A stretch of 64,000 nt of DNA from Ruminococcus sp. (GTDB taxonomy: Bacteria > Bacillota > Clostridia > Oscillospirales > Ruminococcaceae): contig JAFUQX010000063.1 of the NCBI GenBank assembly GCA_017472145.1, positions 4,626-68,625 of the forward strand. Reading direction: 5' to 3'. Shown here in pieces: positions 61,870 through 64,000 of this stretch (the stretch's first letter is position 1; the number at the start of each line of letters is the position of its first letter). The translations under genes and the position numbers were made by a program. Below the pieces are notes generated by a model, which was given only the letters and a program-made list of their open reading frames with translations, was not told where the DNA came from and ran no database searches.

Positions 61870-63215
61870 TTGATGCAAGCGGCATTGCAGCTGCTCTGGG
61901 TGTGCCTTGTATAATCAGCGGCGAAATGATGCGGAAAATGGAAACATGGGAACGGCTCTATCAGAATCGTGCCGGATGGCAGAATGAGCGAGTCAGAGCA
62001 ATGCGTCTCCCTGTTTCGATTGCCCGTGAATTGAAGCGGCTGACGCTGACAGAACTGGAACTTACATCTGACCGCGAGGATCTGACAAAGCAGATGCAGG
62101 CTGTGATTCCTTTGCTGCGGCACAAATTGGATGCCGGACTTGCTTACGGCGGGATGCTGTTTAAGCCATATCGAAATGGCAGCAAAGTTTATGCAGACCT
62201 CATTCCCCAGAATCAGTATCTTCCGGTAAACTACACGGATACCTGTACTGCTGTCATTTGTCCGGAGGAGGTCGTTGTCGGCAACACCTGCTATATACGG
62301 CTTGAGCATCATACATATGACAGTATTTCTATGACGCATACAATTACGAACCGATATTTCAGCTCGGGTATGCCCGGATTTCTGGGGAAGGAATGCTCCG
62401 CACCGGATGTTCCCGCCTGGAAAGGCATACCTGTCCGGGAGGTATTTCCAGGTGTCCGGCACCCTCTTTTTGCGATTTTCCGCACACCGGGCGCCAACAA
62501 TATCGACCCTGCGTCGCCGCTGGGCGTTTCTGTTTTTGCGGATGCAGTGGATTTTATCCGCGATGCAGATGTACAATGGGAGCGTATCCTCTGGGAACTG
62601 GAATCCTCGGAGCGTGCCATTGATGCGAGTGAAGACCTGTTCCGGTTCAATCCATTTACGCAAAAGCCGGAGCTTCCCAAAGGCCGGGAGCGGATGTATC
62701 ATTGTCTGGAACGTTCTGGGAAAGAAAATGCAATATACAGCACCTTCTCCCCGGAAATCCGTGATGCAGCGCAGTTCAATGCCCTGAATCAGATGCTGAG
62801 AAGAATCGAAAACAGCGTAGGGCTCTCCTATGGAACACTGTCAGAGGTTTCAGACGTAGAGAAGACTGCGGAGGAGGTGCGCAGCTCCAAACAGCGCAGC
62901 TTTTCGTGTGTGAACGACATCCAGCAGAATCTGAAAGCAGCCTTGCAGCAGCTTTTCTACGGGATGCAGTATTACGCGGATTATCTGAACGGCAGCGGTC
63001 AGCTGCCGGATGCGGAGCTGACCTGTACCTTCGGGGATGGTGTTCTCGAAGATACGGACAAGGAGTTCCAGAGGAGACTGCTTCTTGCACAGGCAGGCTA
63101 CATAAAGCCTGAGAAGCTGCTTGCATGGTACTTCGGCTGCAGCGAGGAAGAGGCAAAGGAGATGATACCTCAGAGCAGCATGAAATCAAACGCTCCTGCG
63201 CTGTTTGGAGGATAA
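61866..63215 (+). CDS. Phage portal protein (SPP1 gp6-like)
   Basis: 449 aa, directly after the terminase with an overlapping start. Layout is typical of an SPP1-type portal. Confidence 0.85.
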   Translation: MIDASGIAAALGVPCIISGEMMRKMETWERLYQNRAGWQNERVRAMRLPVSIARELKRLTLTELELTSDREDLTKQMQAVIPLLRHKLDAGLAYGGMLFKPYRNGSKVYADLIPQNQYLPVNYTDTCTAVICPEEVVVGNTCYIRLEHHTYDSISMTHTITNRYFSSGMPGFLGKECSAPDVPAWKGIPVREVFPGVRHPLFAIFRTPGANNIDPASPLGVSVFADAVDFIRDADVQWERILWELESSERAIDASEDLFRFNPFTQKPELPKGRERMYHCLERSGKENAIYSTFSPEIRDAAQFNALNQMLRRIENSVGLSYGTLSEVSDVEKTAEEVRSSKQRSFSCVNDIQQNLKAALQQLFYGMQYYADYLNGSGQLPDAELTCTFGDGVLEDTDKEFQRRLLLAQAGYIKPEKLLAWYFGCSEEEAKEMIPQSSMKSNAPALFGG

Positions 63216-63218
63216 GCC

Positions 63219-64000
63219 ATGCTTACGCCGGAATACTATGAATCCTGCTCCGAACTGATATTGCAGCAGTACGCTGACCTTGAAGACGCTATTCTGAGGG
63301 ACATCATCCGCAGGATCATGAAAACAGGCGTTGTCACGGAATCGGCAAAGTGGCAGGCGGAAATGCTCCAGGAAGCCGGGCTGGTATACAATGACATTGT
63401 AAAGTCGGTTTCGCAGCATACCGGAATGATCGCTGAGGAAGTGCAGCGGCTCTTTGAGGACGCTGGCGTGGAAACGGTAGAGGCTGACAATGTTGTCTAT
63501 CGTCAGATGGACAAAGAACCGAAGTCGCTGCTGCTCTCTGCGCCTATGATGCAGGTGCTGGAAGCCGGATACCGGAAAACGCTGGGGCAGCTCGATAACC
63601 TGACTGCCACAATGCCCTCCGCCGGACAGCGGATGTACATAAACGCCTGCAATCAGGCTTACATGAAGGTCACATCCGGTGCTTTTAGCTACCAGCAGGC
63701 TGTCATGCAGGCGGTAAAAGAAACGGCTGCATCCGGCTTAAAGGTCGTTGAATACGATTCCGGCCGCTCTGATCGGCTTGAGGTTGCTGTGCTGCGTGCG
63801 GTCCGTACAGGCGTAGCTCAGACCTGCCGTGAGGTCGGCAGGATGAATGCGGAGGAGAACGGCTGCGAACTGATGGAGATTACAGCACACAGCGGCGCAC
63901 GTCCTGAGCATGCACGCTGGCAAGGACAGCTGGTAGATCTGACAGGACGGCGCAGAGGCGAGACGATTGACGGTTTGCGTGTGCTGTCGCTCTCTGACAT
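63219..64000 (+). CDS. Phage minor capsid protein 2 / head morphogenesis protein (partial; runs off the window)
   Basis: ATG at 63219 follows GGAGGA. MLTPEYYESCSELILQQYADLEDAILRDIIRRIMKTG...AKWQAEML is the typical N-terminus of this family. The frame stays open to the window end. Confidence 0.8.
   Translation, partial: MLTPEYYESCSELILQQYADLEDAILRDIIRRIMKTGVVTESAKWQAEMLQEAGLVYNDIVKSVSQHTGMIAEEVQRLFEDAGVETVEADNVVYRQMDKEPKSLLLSAPMMQVLEAGYRKTLGQLDNLTATMPSAGQRMYINACNQAYMKVTSGAFSYQQAVMQAVKETAASGLKVVEYDSGRSDRLEVAVLRAVRTGVAQTCREVGRMNAEENGCELMEITAHSGARPEHARWQGQLVDLTGRRRGETIDGLRVLSLSD

Larger units (their letters stand above)
48807..64000 (+). mobile_element. Mu-like transposable prophage, left end and about 15 kb (continues beyond the window)
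   Basis: Phased end repeats come first. Then a leftward S24 repressor and rightward early genes with a DDE MuA-like transposase and a MuB-like AAA+ ATPase. GemA, Mor and DUF3486 follow, then large terminase, portal and minor capsid. The exact left terminus lies somewhere between 48807 and 49040 and is unresolved. Confidence 0.85.

Overview
This 64-kb chromosomal window comes from a Gram-positive bacterium that makes a cellulosome. My guess is a Ruminococcus-like member of the Clostridia, based on gene content, which I cannot verify here.

- **1-8.7 kb, housekeeping and regulation:** FHA protein, hpf, an ArsC-family protein, hflX, a LytTR/GHKL two-component pair and two ABC half-transporters.
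- **8.9-32 kb, dockerin-rich accessory region:** an HEXXH/beta-helix/LamG protein, an expansin, a GH11 xylanase, a GH16 lichenase, an M6-like protease and two tandem DUF4832-like paralogs. Two insertions interrupt it. One is a free-standing hydrolase / condensation-domain / carrier-protein / acyl-AMP-ligase operon at 12.8-17.1 kb. The other is a solitary cas6 with a 9-repeat CRISPR array at 21.7-23.2 kb; no other cas genes are in the window.
- **32-48.7 kb, metabolism:** UPF0371, a GNAT, an amino-acid ABC transporter, adenine deaminase, an ECF-S/DUF1893/aldo-keto-reductase operon, T-box-controlled tyrS, a lipoprotein barnase with barstar, a TrpB2-like enzyme behind a leader terminator, a dockerin-tagged amidase, and galK-galE.
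- **About 48.8 kb to the window end, prophage:** the left part of a Mu-like transposable prophage. It carries phased end repeats, an S24 repressor with a T5orf172 gene, an A/T-rich immunity island, MuA/MuB, GemA, Mor and a NusG-like gene. A leader containing a terminator precedes the large terminase, portal and minor capsid genes.

All calls rest on motifs read by eye from the supplied translations and DNA. No database search was run.
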